A stretch of DNA of 63,616 bases, counting the filler, from Octopus bimaculoides (Eukaryota): assembly GCF_001194135.2 (NCBI RefSeq). It is 6 parts of 6 records of this genome, joined end to end, with 100 filler letters (N's around TTAATTAATTAA, not from the genome) between each part and the next. Parts side by side here need not be neighbours in the genome. Positions count along the whole stretch, not along the records: positions 52,210 to 54,774 come from NW_026324842.1; positions 54,875 to 60,645 come from NC_068991.1; positions 60,746 to 63,616 come from NC_068990.1; 3 more parts are not named here. One strand, given 5' to 3'. The notes below the pieces were generated by a model, which made no database searches, was not told the DNA's origin, and saw only the letters and a program-made list of their open reading frames with translations. Both the position numbers and the translations under genes were made by a program. Position 1 is the stretch's first letter, and every line of letters starts with the position of its first letter. Shown one piece after another: positions 53,534-63,616 of the stretch.

Positions 53534-54874
53534 CTGTTGAACAAAAACAAAATGTATGAGTATATATAAAGCTAGTGCACAGTTCCAATTTTTAAATTTA
53601 GATTCGGTCATAGATTTTATAGAAATTTGAGTTTCTTGTTTCTCTTCTCAATAGCGATATTAAATATTTTCATTGAAGTAAAATACGTTTAAGGAATCAC
53701 TTTACAGTGCACGTCACACGTAGTTGTTCGCCCACTTTTGTAAGTTTAAGCGAATCGCGAGTTCACTTGTTCATATAGCATCGGCAACATATTATGTCAT
53801 TTTATAACGCCTGTACAAAATTCATCCTGTAGATTTATGATATAAATATTCTAGGCATGGTTATTAAACATCCGTTGGCGTCACTGAAGGAATGGTTTCT
53901 AAATGGAAATTGACCATGGGACCACATAAATTGTTTTGAGTTGGTCAAACTACATAATGTTTATTAATTGTCATTATGCCCATGTCGTTATAACTGAAGT
54001 TTAAGGCACGTAATATATTTGATATTTCAGGAACGGTAGTGCATCTTGTGGAATGTCTTTTGCCCGGGTTATTTGCTGCATATTTTCAGTTACCCTCGAA
54101 TTATTTGATTTTTCCTAGGTCGATGAGAAGGTTGCACCATTCTACCGAGATCCCTTATTCTTTCTCTCCACTGATTGTCCCCTCTCCCTCTCTACCCACA
54201 CTTTGTTTTACCCTCTCTAGCTGTAAACCCAATCCTACTATGACACTTCAAAGTTTTCCCACTCTGATTCGGAAAGGAGCTTAGTGCCAAAATGCTACTT
54301 ATTTTATCGTTCCGAAAGAATGAAAGGCAAATCGGGTCTGGACGGAATTTGAACTTACGACGTAAAGTCGGAAAATATACGGTTCACCATTTTGCCTGGA
54401 GTGTTAAGAAACCAGATGAGTTTCTTGAAGAAACATTTTCGCGAGAAATTAGTAATAAAAAAATATTAATCTAAATTTCGCAGCATTATGAGTCGGACAT
54501 ACAGAAGTCACGGTTAATTTATTCCACCATTTAAACTATGGATAACATATAATAGAAAGACGATGCGATGGTTCCGTACGGTATTCTTCACTTGGCATGT
54601 ATCAATTACGTGTTAAATACACAGCTTCTGCTGGACTTCATTGTCGTCTTCAGCGTAACACATGAGTAAACATTTGTATCCAGTGCGTATCCTTATCAAT
54701 ATGTCGTGGAAAAAAGTTTCCGCAGAGAAGGCTTCAGGCTCATATCTAGTATTCAAACAGCCATATATACACTTNNNNNNNNNNNNNNNNNNNNNNNNNN
54801 NNNNNNNNNNNNNNNNNNTTAATTAATTAANNNNNNNNNNNNNNNNNNNNNNNNNNNNNNNNNNNNNNNNNNNN

Positions 54875-55097
54875 GTCTATGTGATCTCAAATTTTAAAGC
54901 AAACACATAATTTTCTTATGGTTTCTTAAACATTCACTTGAACAAAACTGTACAAATCCAAATATATGGTACCCTAGGCATAACACCTACATGAACTTCT
55001 AACTTGTTGTCTCTTGAGGTCTCTGGGTGAGACTTGGATCCAACTTGTACAAATGCAAAACAAAAGTCAAACATAAAATAATAATAATAATAATAAT
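54875..55097 (+). mobile_element. R4/Dong-type LINE 3' end
   Basis: Identical by eye to window positions 1-207; ends in (AAT)n. Confidence 0.7.
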
Positions 55098-55856
55098 GGT
55101 TTCAAATTTTGGCACAAGGCCAGGAATTTTGGGGGCAAGCAGAAGTAGTAGGGGAGCATTGTAGCCATGTGTTGAAAGGAAATCTTTGGAGTCTGAATAA
55201 TTCACCTCTGGAAAGATATTTCGTTCAACATTCTTAAACAACCCTTATCCAAGGACCTTTTGAGAAGGATGGGTTACTCGACTTGAAGAAAATTCTAGCT
55301 GGGCCCCATTTGCAAGGTCATATGTTGTTTATCTTGATATGAGAACATCTTGTCATGCACATATGGTTGTGATGCGAGTGCTTGGTGTACCCTTGTCAGA
55401 TAGGGAGTCATGATGGGCATACTGGGCTTCGTATATTTTACCCCAGTGTCATTTTGATGGCATGTACTGCTCTCTCACTCAATAATAAGAAGAACAACAA
55501 AAACAACAACAAACAAAAAATAATAATAATAAATTGATTAAATAATAATTGATTTAAACATTAACAAAATCAATTTTTTTAAAACTTATGATTTCAAAAG
55601 TTTTATTGACTATTTTACTTTAGAGAAAGAATACTTTTTAAAATAGTTAGTTTATCACTTACACCACCACCTTCAATACATTATCACCACCACTAGGAGT
55701 GGTGGTGATGGTGGTGGTGAGGATAATGATGATAATGATGGCAATGATGATGATGATGGCAATGATGATGACGATGGCAATGATGATGATGATGGCAATG
55801 ATGATGATGATGATGATGATGATAATAGTCAAGAACAAAAGGTATTAGGTATTTAA

Positions 55857-56055
55857 CCCTTTAGCATTCAGATTACCTTTTCAAATGTAATACTTACATA
55901 TTCACATTGTTTTGAATTAATTAATACCTTTGATAATGTGATTGTTTACTTTTAATATGACATTGTAGGGTAGGTGTGCAAGAGCTGATATGGCCAGTTT
56001 TAACAAAACAGGTAGCATATTTTGGCCATATATGGCTGGTTTAAATGCTAAAGGG
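55857..56055. mobile_element. piggyBac-type MITE
   Basis: TTAA|CCCTTTAGCATT...AATGCTAAAGGG|TTAA. Confidence 0.85.
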
Positions 56056-56091
56056 TTAAACAGGAAAATGAGACACTGAGAATACTCTTAC

Positions 56092-56160
56092 TGGTTTTTG
56101 TCTTGGTGATTCCAACTCTGTAACTTCAACGTTTACAATATAGATTACTCCAATTTCATA
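56092..56160 (-). CDS. Exon of the cystatin-fold candidate (YEIGVIYIVNVEVTELESPRQKP)
   Basis: Very strong acceptor ttttttttcttttttacag, donor gtaaga, 69 nt, phase 0-0. Aligns with the cystatin VVAGxxYxLxVEVxET segment. Confidence 0.55.
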
Positions 56161-57379
56161 CTGTAAAAAAGAAAAAAACGTCAGTGTAAAATAAATGTTT
56201 TAATATTTAGAGAACAGTTATAGAATACTCTTGTTCTTCCATTTTCTGACCCATCCTGGGCCTTCTGATATCATTGTTCTTCTCCAGTTTTTCTCTTTGG
56301 TCACCTATGCAAATGTACATTCCCTAATTTACTGAATACTCTCTAAACCAGTCATGGGTAAACTGCAGCCCATGGCACTTTCTGGATTGCCAATGAAAAA
56401 AAAATTACCTGGAATATTTTCAGTAATGCTGCCTGATGATGGGTCATGTCTCATGCAACTTGCCCATGCCTATTCTATACCTTTTTTTACTCCCTTATCC
56501 CCACCTCTCTAATAAACATTTATTACCTTTCTCTCCTTATTGTTCCATTTCCAAATTTACTGTATGAAAGGTACCACCCACCGCCTGTTCATATTGTAAA
56601 GTAGTTGGCTAAAAGAGTACAGAAAGGGTAGATTAATAGGTGCCTCTAGTCCTGTCTTACTGAGGACTGTTCAAGATTTCTAGTGTTGATGCAGAGTACA
56701 CTCTGTAAACTGGTTGACATTAGGAAAGGGATCCAACCATAGAAACTAGGCCTAATGGCAAGTATGAGCACCTAGTCTTTGAAAGCTTTGGCTCCAAATG
56801 GGAGGTGACTCACTGTCCAACCCATGCCAACAGGGAAAGGGGACATAAGATGATAATGATGATGATGACAATGACAACAGCAACAATAATGATGACAATG
56901 ATGATGATGATGACGATGATGACAATGGTCAGAAATGCAGGCATTATCAACAGCACCTGCTACATGCAAAATATATATATATTTTTTAATGTCTGTTGTC
57001 CATGTTGGCAATGCTCAATATATATATTCTTTCAGTTTCCGTCTACCAAATCTGCTCACAAGCTTTTGGTCAGCCAGTGGTTATAGTAGTAGACATTTGC
57101 CTAAGGTTTCTGGTGGTAGGACTGAATCTGAAACCATGTGGTTGGGAAGCAAATTTTTTAACAAAACAGCCAATACCTGTGTGTATATGAAATATTATGC
57201 AACTACAACAGATGACCACTCTATTCTCACTGGCTTAGTTGTGTTGGTGTATATAGCATTAAAACGAAGAACGATCAATTATTTGTTTTTTGCAATAAAT
57301 GCTGTAGCTGGCAGTAGACTTTCAAAGAAAGCGAATGAAGATTTAAAATAATTCTATGTTCAATAAAACGTCCAATACG

Positions 57380-58380
57380 AATGTATTGAATTATGGTGTT
57401 AATGAGGCTGGAACTAATGGTGAAGGCCTTTCACTCAGCAGGTGTCATGTGGTTGGGCAGCACAGGCATGGTTGTCATTCAGAAACTGCTTATACTCAAT
57501 GATAGAAGCAGAGAAAAAGATGGGACAAGGAGGTAAATTGAACAGTAATTGAGTGCTGAATCAGAAGTGAACCCAGTAGAAGGGGATTTGAAAATGCATG
57601 AAATCAAAATGGAATAGGATTCTTTGAGATAAGTGAGCAATAGTTAGTCAATCAGGTAAGTGCAATAAGAACAAATGGGTTAACAGACATGGAAATTGAA
57701 GAAATAAAAAGGCAAATAGAAAACAGAGGTAATACTGCACCAGTAAATAGCATGCCTATTAAGGACAAAGAAATGAACAGTGACTATGAAAATGTAGCGC
57801 AAGATGGAAATGCATTGTCAGAAAATTAAGCAGAAGTAATGGAAAGAACTATACGATGATGATCAACAAGACATTGTGAGGATGATGTGCCAATATATTA
57901 GAGAAGACCAGGATCAAACACTTCCCAATCTAAAAACAGAAATGGAAAAAAACAATACTGTTGTTTGACAATTTCAGATGGAAAATATAACTGAAACCAA
58001 CAAGATTATCAGGGTTGCAGCAAAAAATGAAAACATAAAAATAAGAATATATAGAATATAAAATAAAAAATTTGACATAATATTGGAAGAATTGAAACAA
58101 AAAGCAGTAGTAATCAAGGCAAAATTGGAAAGATATGACAATAGAACAAAACAATTCAGGCAGAACAAATTATATGAATCCGATGAGAGAAAACTGTTTG
58201 AGGAATTAGATGGACAATTACACCTAACATTGGTATCTAATGTAGATGAAAGCAAAGCTTTTTGGTGGTGGTGGGGAATCTGGGATCAACCTGTAGAGCA
58301 TAATGATAATGCAGAGTGACTGCATGCAATCCAAAATAGGTTAAGAAATATACAAGGTCAAGACAGCATAAAAATAAAAA
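57380..58380 (+). mobile_element. R4/Dong LINE N-terminal fragment
   Basis: MEELKQKAVVIKAKLERYDNRTKQFRQNKLYE..., homologous to 5520-6500. Confidence 0.8.
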
Positions 58381-58399
58381 CAGAAATGATAACCACTTA

Positions 58400-58530
58400 C
58401 ACATCCACCTGCACATGCACCTTTGACCACAACACCTACACCACCACCTTCATCGCCACTACCTAACATGAACAAACCCTATGTCACCAGGACAGGCCAC
58501 ACTGTGCATTGGCCCAAAAAACTCACTATT
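58400..58530 (+). mobile_element. Possible Gypsy pol C-terminal remnant
   Basis: KPYVTRTGHTVHWPK resembles the TRSGRxV..P integrase tail. Confidence 0.35.
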
Positions 58531-58879
58531 TATATCTGACAATCTCTTTTGTGTTTCCTGTGACAGACAATTGCTTTCTTGTGTTACTGAACAGTTCCAA
58601 TACTCTGCCGTTGAACATTTTGTCAAATTTTTGTGCATGCCCATTCATATTTCTTGCAATTATTTTTCTATTTGACTTATCACATTTTTGTACCATATCT
58701 TGTTTGTTGCGATCAGTTGCTTTGTCTTAACTCCAAAGGGATGAAAAGCAAAATTGACTTCAGAAGGATTTTAACTCATATTGTAAAGATTTGGAACAAT
58801 AACTGCAAGGCATTTTCCCAAAATTTTTATGAAAAATATATTAGCAACAGAGGAAATATTAATACTGAGAGATAATATT

Positions 58880-59250
58880 TATTCCCATTTAAACATGGAT
58901 CTTCAGTTAGAACAAACTTTACTGTGGTAGATACCACGAGAGAAACTATCATATAGGCTTTTGGCACAAAATATGCTGCTAGTTTTTATCGCAAGTGGGG
59001 AGATAATTTTTCTATATGTCACTGGTAGGGAGATCAGTCATTGCTATCTCTAGCGAGCGAGCATCCATCACTGATGAGACCAAGGGAGGTTGAAATCACA
59101 TGATCTGATGGTCTCGGTGTTGGAGTTTATCTCCCCACTAGCAATATAAGCAAGAGTGCATTTTGCACCAAAAGCTAATATTAGTCTCTCTCATGGTATC
59201 TATCACAGCAATGTTTGTTCAAACAGAACATCCACATTTAAGCAGGAATA
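58880..59250. mobile_element. TIR element (MITE-like) with ~125-bp imperfect inverted repeats and TA ends, carrying the hammerhead
   Basis: Left TATTCCCATTTAAACATGGAT...GTGGGGAGATAA mirrors right TTATCTCCCCAC...ATCCACATTTAAGCAGGAATA. Many mismatches are CpG-decay type. Confidence 0.8.
59058..59116 (+). ncRNA. Type I hammerhead ribozyme (extended form)
   Basis: Stem I CCATCA/TGATGG plus distal CGAG/CTCG; core CTGATGA (59071-59077); stem II GACC/GGTT with AAGGGA loop; GAA; stem III ATC/GAT with ACAT loop; AUC cleavage triplet. Confidence 0.8.
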
Positions 59251-59380
59251 GAAAATTTTGATGATAATGATGAAGATGATTTCTTATATAAACATGAACC
59301 ACCATAGACAGACAGGAAAGGAAACAGGAATTTGTAGTGGTTATATTTTCCCTAAGAGTTCTTAATAAGTAAAAGATTAC

Positions 59381-59602
59381 CTTTTTATAAGCCTTGACAA
59401 TTTTAACCAATCTGCAATCATATTTTTTCAGAGACATATTCAAGAATGGCTTTAGGGATTGTATCTCATGCCGTTTGACACTGATGGAAGGCGCTGGAAT
59501 CTTTTTACTTTTTGGTGTTACATATTTAAAGCAGGTGTACTTTTCCAAGGTGAAATTAGTCTCAGTGTAGATGTTCAGGTAGAATGTACATTCATGACCA
59601 TA
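59381..59602 (-). CDS. Internal exon of a candidate multi-cystatin-fold protein (YGHECTFYLNIYTETNFTLEKYTC...RLVKIVKAYKK)
   Basis: Acceptor ttttttcattgcag, donor AAG|gtaatc, 222 nt, open, phase 0-0. Reads as the end of one cystatin domain followed by the helix and first strand of the next. Confidence 0.6.
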
Positions 59603-60039
59603 CTGCAATGAAAAAATATTAATCTAATGGTCATATAATTACATGGCAGATGAATACAGATACTTCCCAGGGACAGGTTTAGAAGTTATAGTTCTCTAGT
59701 TCAAATCCTAACCTGGTCAGCTAAGTTTTCCACCAGTACTTCTCAAAGTGGGCAGGACCCTCCACTGGCTGGGTAGTTAAAATTTTATTTGGGTATAGGG
59801 ATAAAGTGGGGAGACAGAGGTGTGAGTGATGTACAGTTTTATAAAATTTTAGTCTTTTGTTTCCTATTTAAATATTCTATAAAATCTTTTAAATGCTATA
59901 TTATTATAAACTGCCTGTTATTCACAATCACAACAACAATAACAATAACACAATAACAAAACTTTGAAATATGAATGAGTAAATAAAAAAAAACAAATAT
60001 TTACCACCAGTACATGTAAATTGTAAACAATAAACAAAA

Positions 60040-60620
60040 GTAAAATTTAAAAGGCTGGCTTCGTGCTCTTGTTTGAAGGGGCTAGGATCATTCCAAGTTA
60101 GTGGTCCCAAAGGTGTCATCATGCACAGAGCCAATCAGGCCCACCAGTGCTCTCCATTGCTGGCTATCCTGTGCCAGACCCTTTGCATCCTTCAAGGTGA
60201 TGTTGAACTTCTGAAAATCTTCCTCAGTCATGTCCAGCCATCTGGTGTGGGGCCCACTATGAGGCCTCATCTAGCCTGCAGTTGCTGTATCAAATGAGAG
60301 TAAAGCTCTAATAGGATGATCTAGCAAGAAATGGAGGACATGTCTTTACCAGTGCATGCAACTCATAGCTATGATGTGGGAGGCTGCGGGCTGATGCATG
60401 CACATATGCAGTTCTTTGTTGGAAATGTGATGATACCATCCGATGTTCTTGATAATTCTCAGGGCTCTGTTATCAAAGCTATCGATCCTCTTTGCTAGAG
60501 TCTTCAAGAGGGGCCACATTTCTGCTCCATGGAGGAAAATACAGAGGACTGATGTATTGTAGATGCAGAGCTTTGTCTTCTGGGGGATAGAACAGTGGTG
60601 CCAGAGGAGCTTCCATGGAG
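60040..60620 (-). mobile_element. RTE-like LINE 3' end
   Basis: GPHTRWLDMTEEDFQKFNI...AQDSQQWRALV. Confidence 0.7.
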
Positions 60621-60745
60621 AAGATTTGTGTATATATATATATATNNNNNNNNNNNNNNNNNNNNNNNNNNNNNNNNNNNNNNNNNNNNTTAATTAATTA
60701 ANNNNNNNNNNNNNNNNNNNNNNNNNNNNNNNNNNNNNNNNNNNN

Positions 60746-60804
<59 letters not shown>

Positions 60805-60959
60805 AATATATAGATAAATAGACAGACAGTCAGGCAGACAGGTAAATAGATAGATAAATATACACATACAGACACAAACCCACACAACTTACATGCACAC
60901 ACACACACACACAGACACACACACACAAAGATATACTTCCGCCCACATGCTAACTTAAC

Positions 60960-61900
60960 ATTTTACAATGACACGGACTTTGATATACACAATACTAAAA
61001 CATGGAAGTAAGGATTTGAATGACAAAATACATGAAGCCAAGAGTGTAACAAACAGGTATGGTTGAGAATCTCTGGCATTGAAGGATCTTCTTTCACAGA
61101 AGGCATTTTTCATATCCATTTAATTCCAGGTTAGTCATGATACATTCAAAGGCTGCATGAAGTGATGCTAAGCGTTTTGCCATATTGTTTTCATTTTGAT
61201 TGGAAGCAGTCTGTATCACAGTGAATGTGGATATTGCTGATAAAGGTTTATAGTTTTAGTGTTTTAACACCAATAGTTCAGATCTTTTCTACCATCCAAT
61301 CAAGTTGCTCTGGTATTTTCATGAGTATAGCACAGAAAGCACATAGTGGTTTATTAATTTACCATACGCACAGTTCTGAGATCATCCATTTCTTTTCAAA
61401 TGTTATATTCCCTGTTTATGCATTCCTTACGACATGTTTCATGACAGTATTAATTCTTAATGATCTATAGGAATATGTAGCTTATTTCATCAGGTATCGG
61501 AGAAATAGTCAAGCTGTTAGTATAGACATTGCTAAACAGGCTTGTAGTTCTTCCAATGTCCAAACTCTGTCCCTCTATCCTTTTGCAATGTTGTTACCTG
61601 ATTCTGCATGACTCTTCATGGCATAGATGCACCGTATTAAGTTAATGAAATTACAGAACATTCGCCACTGCAAAAAAGATATATGTACTTGCATTGGGCC
61701 CCCTTCACATCGAAGATTGGTGATTGTCGTATGCTGACGAAGGGTAAATACCCAGAAACTCGAGTCCGTGCGTATCACGTCAGATCGACGATGGGAAGGA
61801 TGACTTCCCTTTGCAAATACCAACTGGGCACAGAAAGTGTGTCAAAAGCCAGCTGGAGGAGGTGTTCTCCTGGGGCTACAAGCTACAGTAGCATTCGCCC
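60960..61900 (-). mobile_element. Highly decayed I/Jockey-group LINE ORF2 fragment
   Basis: WRMFCNFIN and TLEELQ...PDEISYIFL remnants. Confidence 0.5.
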
Positions 61901-62459
61901 TTAGGGGTTAGCCGCATTTAAGTGACAAATATACTTAACAATACAATCATTTCCGGGTATTCAACTCGAAGGTGGTGTCCCAAAATGAAGTCAGGTTTTC
62001 TATGGCCTTGATTATGATCTCTGAAACTTTGGCAACCCCCAAAAGTCTCTAGCATCCAAGAATAAGAAACACAATCGAATGATTTCTTCTTAAAACTTCC
62101 TCATATACTGCTACATATTTGACACCACAAATTTGTTAATTAGAAGTTGGTCAGCCCACCCCTAAACTCTATTCTTCCCTGTTGTTTGTTCAACTATGAT
62201 AATATTATTACTGTCTCAATGATCCGAGAGGAATATGTACATATAGGCTGTATAGATTTTAAACATTACATTCTTCTATGCGATAGGCTAGTCGTTTTAC
62301 GCAATATAAATTGGCTTTGTTCTGAAGTATCAATTTTGCTTCTGCCAACGCCAACCAGCCTGATATATTTATATCCCTGTTGAGAGCTTGCTGATAAAAG
62401 TCGATAAGATACTCCCAACAGAAGCAAGATTTTAGTACCAGTGTCTGACAATAAAGTCT

Positions 62460-62950
62460 ATTCCTGGTGCTTCCTTATAATGAAGTTTTTAACTAATAAT
62501 CTCAAGAGTATCACCATTGATGTGGTAATACTTTTTCGGACTTCTACTAATCACACTGCATTGGGATTAAACTCTTTTTCCTCACATTGGATTTTTCTTC
62601 AGAACTAATCCATATTTTCATGAGAAGGTGCCTCTATAACATTTATCGATTGTCCCCTCATATCTAAGTAAACTGTTGATTGGTTTTGATTAAACGTATT
62701 GATAATATTTTTCTTCCAGCTATTCTCTTCTGGTACTGAAAATTTTCATTTCACAAACAGCCTTTAATTCTTCTTTGAGGGAAATTAATTTAAATTAAGG
62801 TGTTCTTATTTTACTGTCTCTATATATTGAAGCTATTTCATTTTTCACTCTTTTATTGTTGAGGGACAAAGTTATTTGTTTGCAATTGGAAACAAAGCCA
62901 CATGACTGATAGGCTTCTGCAGAACAACAGTCATCTCTTCTGTTTTCCAT
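62460..62950 (-). mobile_element. Old R4/Dong-like LINE fragment
   Basis: FNQNQSTVYLDMRG...KEFNPNA remnants. Confidence 0.45.
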
Positions 62951-63149
62951 ATCCAAGATGAAAATATATTTCTCTTTCTTTGCATTTGTTTACTTCTTTA
63001 CTATCTCTAATTAACTTTTGTTTATTTACCCTGACAAAAAATACTTTCTACATGGTTTTAAGGAAACAAATATGCACAAGTTTTTAATTTGTTGAAATTA
63101 CGACATACAAAGTCAGTAAATAAACTAAGACTTTTTCTGTAAGCACTTT

Positions 63150-63560
63150 TATTTATTATTAAACTACAAGTCAACTCCATCTCCTTCAAAACAGTTCCTA
63201 TGGGAAGCTACATTATGCCCAAGATGATGCTTCCACTCTTCATTGCAGAAGTGAAACTCAGAAACCAGAATGGGCTTAAACTGGTCCATTACAGCCATTT
63301 TTATGTTTTCCAATGTGCTAAAATGATGCCCTTTGATGTGAATTTTCAATCTTAGGAAGAGAAAACAATCACACGAATTCAGGCCAGGCAAATTATTTCG
63401 TTGGAAAATCAACCAAACTATCATGGCTTTCATCAAAGCCATCCCTAACAAAATGTTGGCTAAAGTAAAACCAGAACTAACATTTCGTTTCATCTCACCA
63501 TTTTCTAGATAACCTGAGATTTTTAAGTTTGCGTACAATTAAAAATTGCCTCTAAAAAAG
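63150..63560 (-). mobile_element. Mariner transposase C-terminal remnant
   Basis: LNSCDCFLFLRLKIHIKGHHFSTLENIK...FEGD. Confidence 0.8.
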
Positions 63561-63616
63561 GGTTTCACATCTTCAGTTGATTTTCTTTCTCTCCGTGATA
63601 TATATATATATAAGAT

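Overview
AT-rich, repeat-dense animal genomic DNA. The SINE/LINE families look like those of octopus (coleoid cephalopod); this is an inference. The window has many N gaps, five of which carry the six-frame-stop join marker TTAATTAATTAA. The + strand holds the first nine coding exons of BCAS3 (11677-31005, 723 nt, 241 codons); I found no later BCAS3 exon. The - strand holds an unannotated spliced gene candidate (exons 59381-59602, 56092-56160, 53493-53533) that reads as a tandem cystatin-fold protein with a degenerate inhibitory motif. The rest is mainly degraded transposons (R4/Dong and RTE LINEs, Penelope-like fragments, Tc1/mariner, piggyBac- and Merlin-type MITEs, Helitron pieces, tRNA-SINEs), satellites and microsatellites. 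The most notable signal is three separate hammerhead-ribozyme contexts: (1) a complete type I hammerhead at the centre of a ~370-bp element with long terminal inverted repeats (58880-59250); (2) a tRNA-headed SINE ending in a Penelope-type minimal hammerhead (4 copies); (3) a tandem pair of CUGAAGA minimal hammerheads (23945-24080). All alignments, folds and translations were done by eye; no database search was run.
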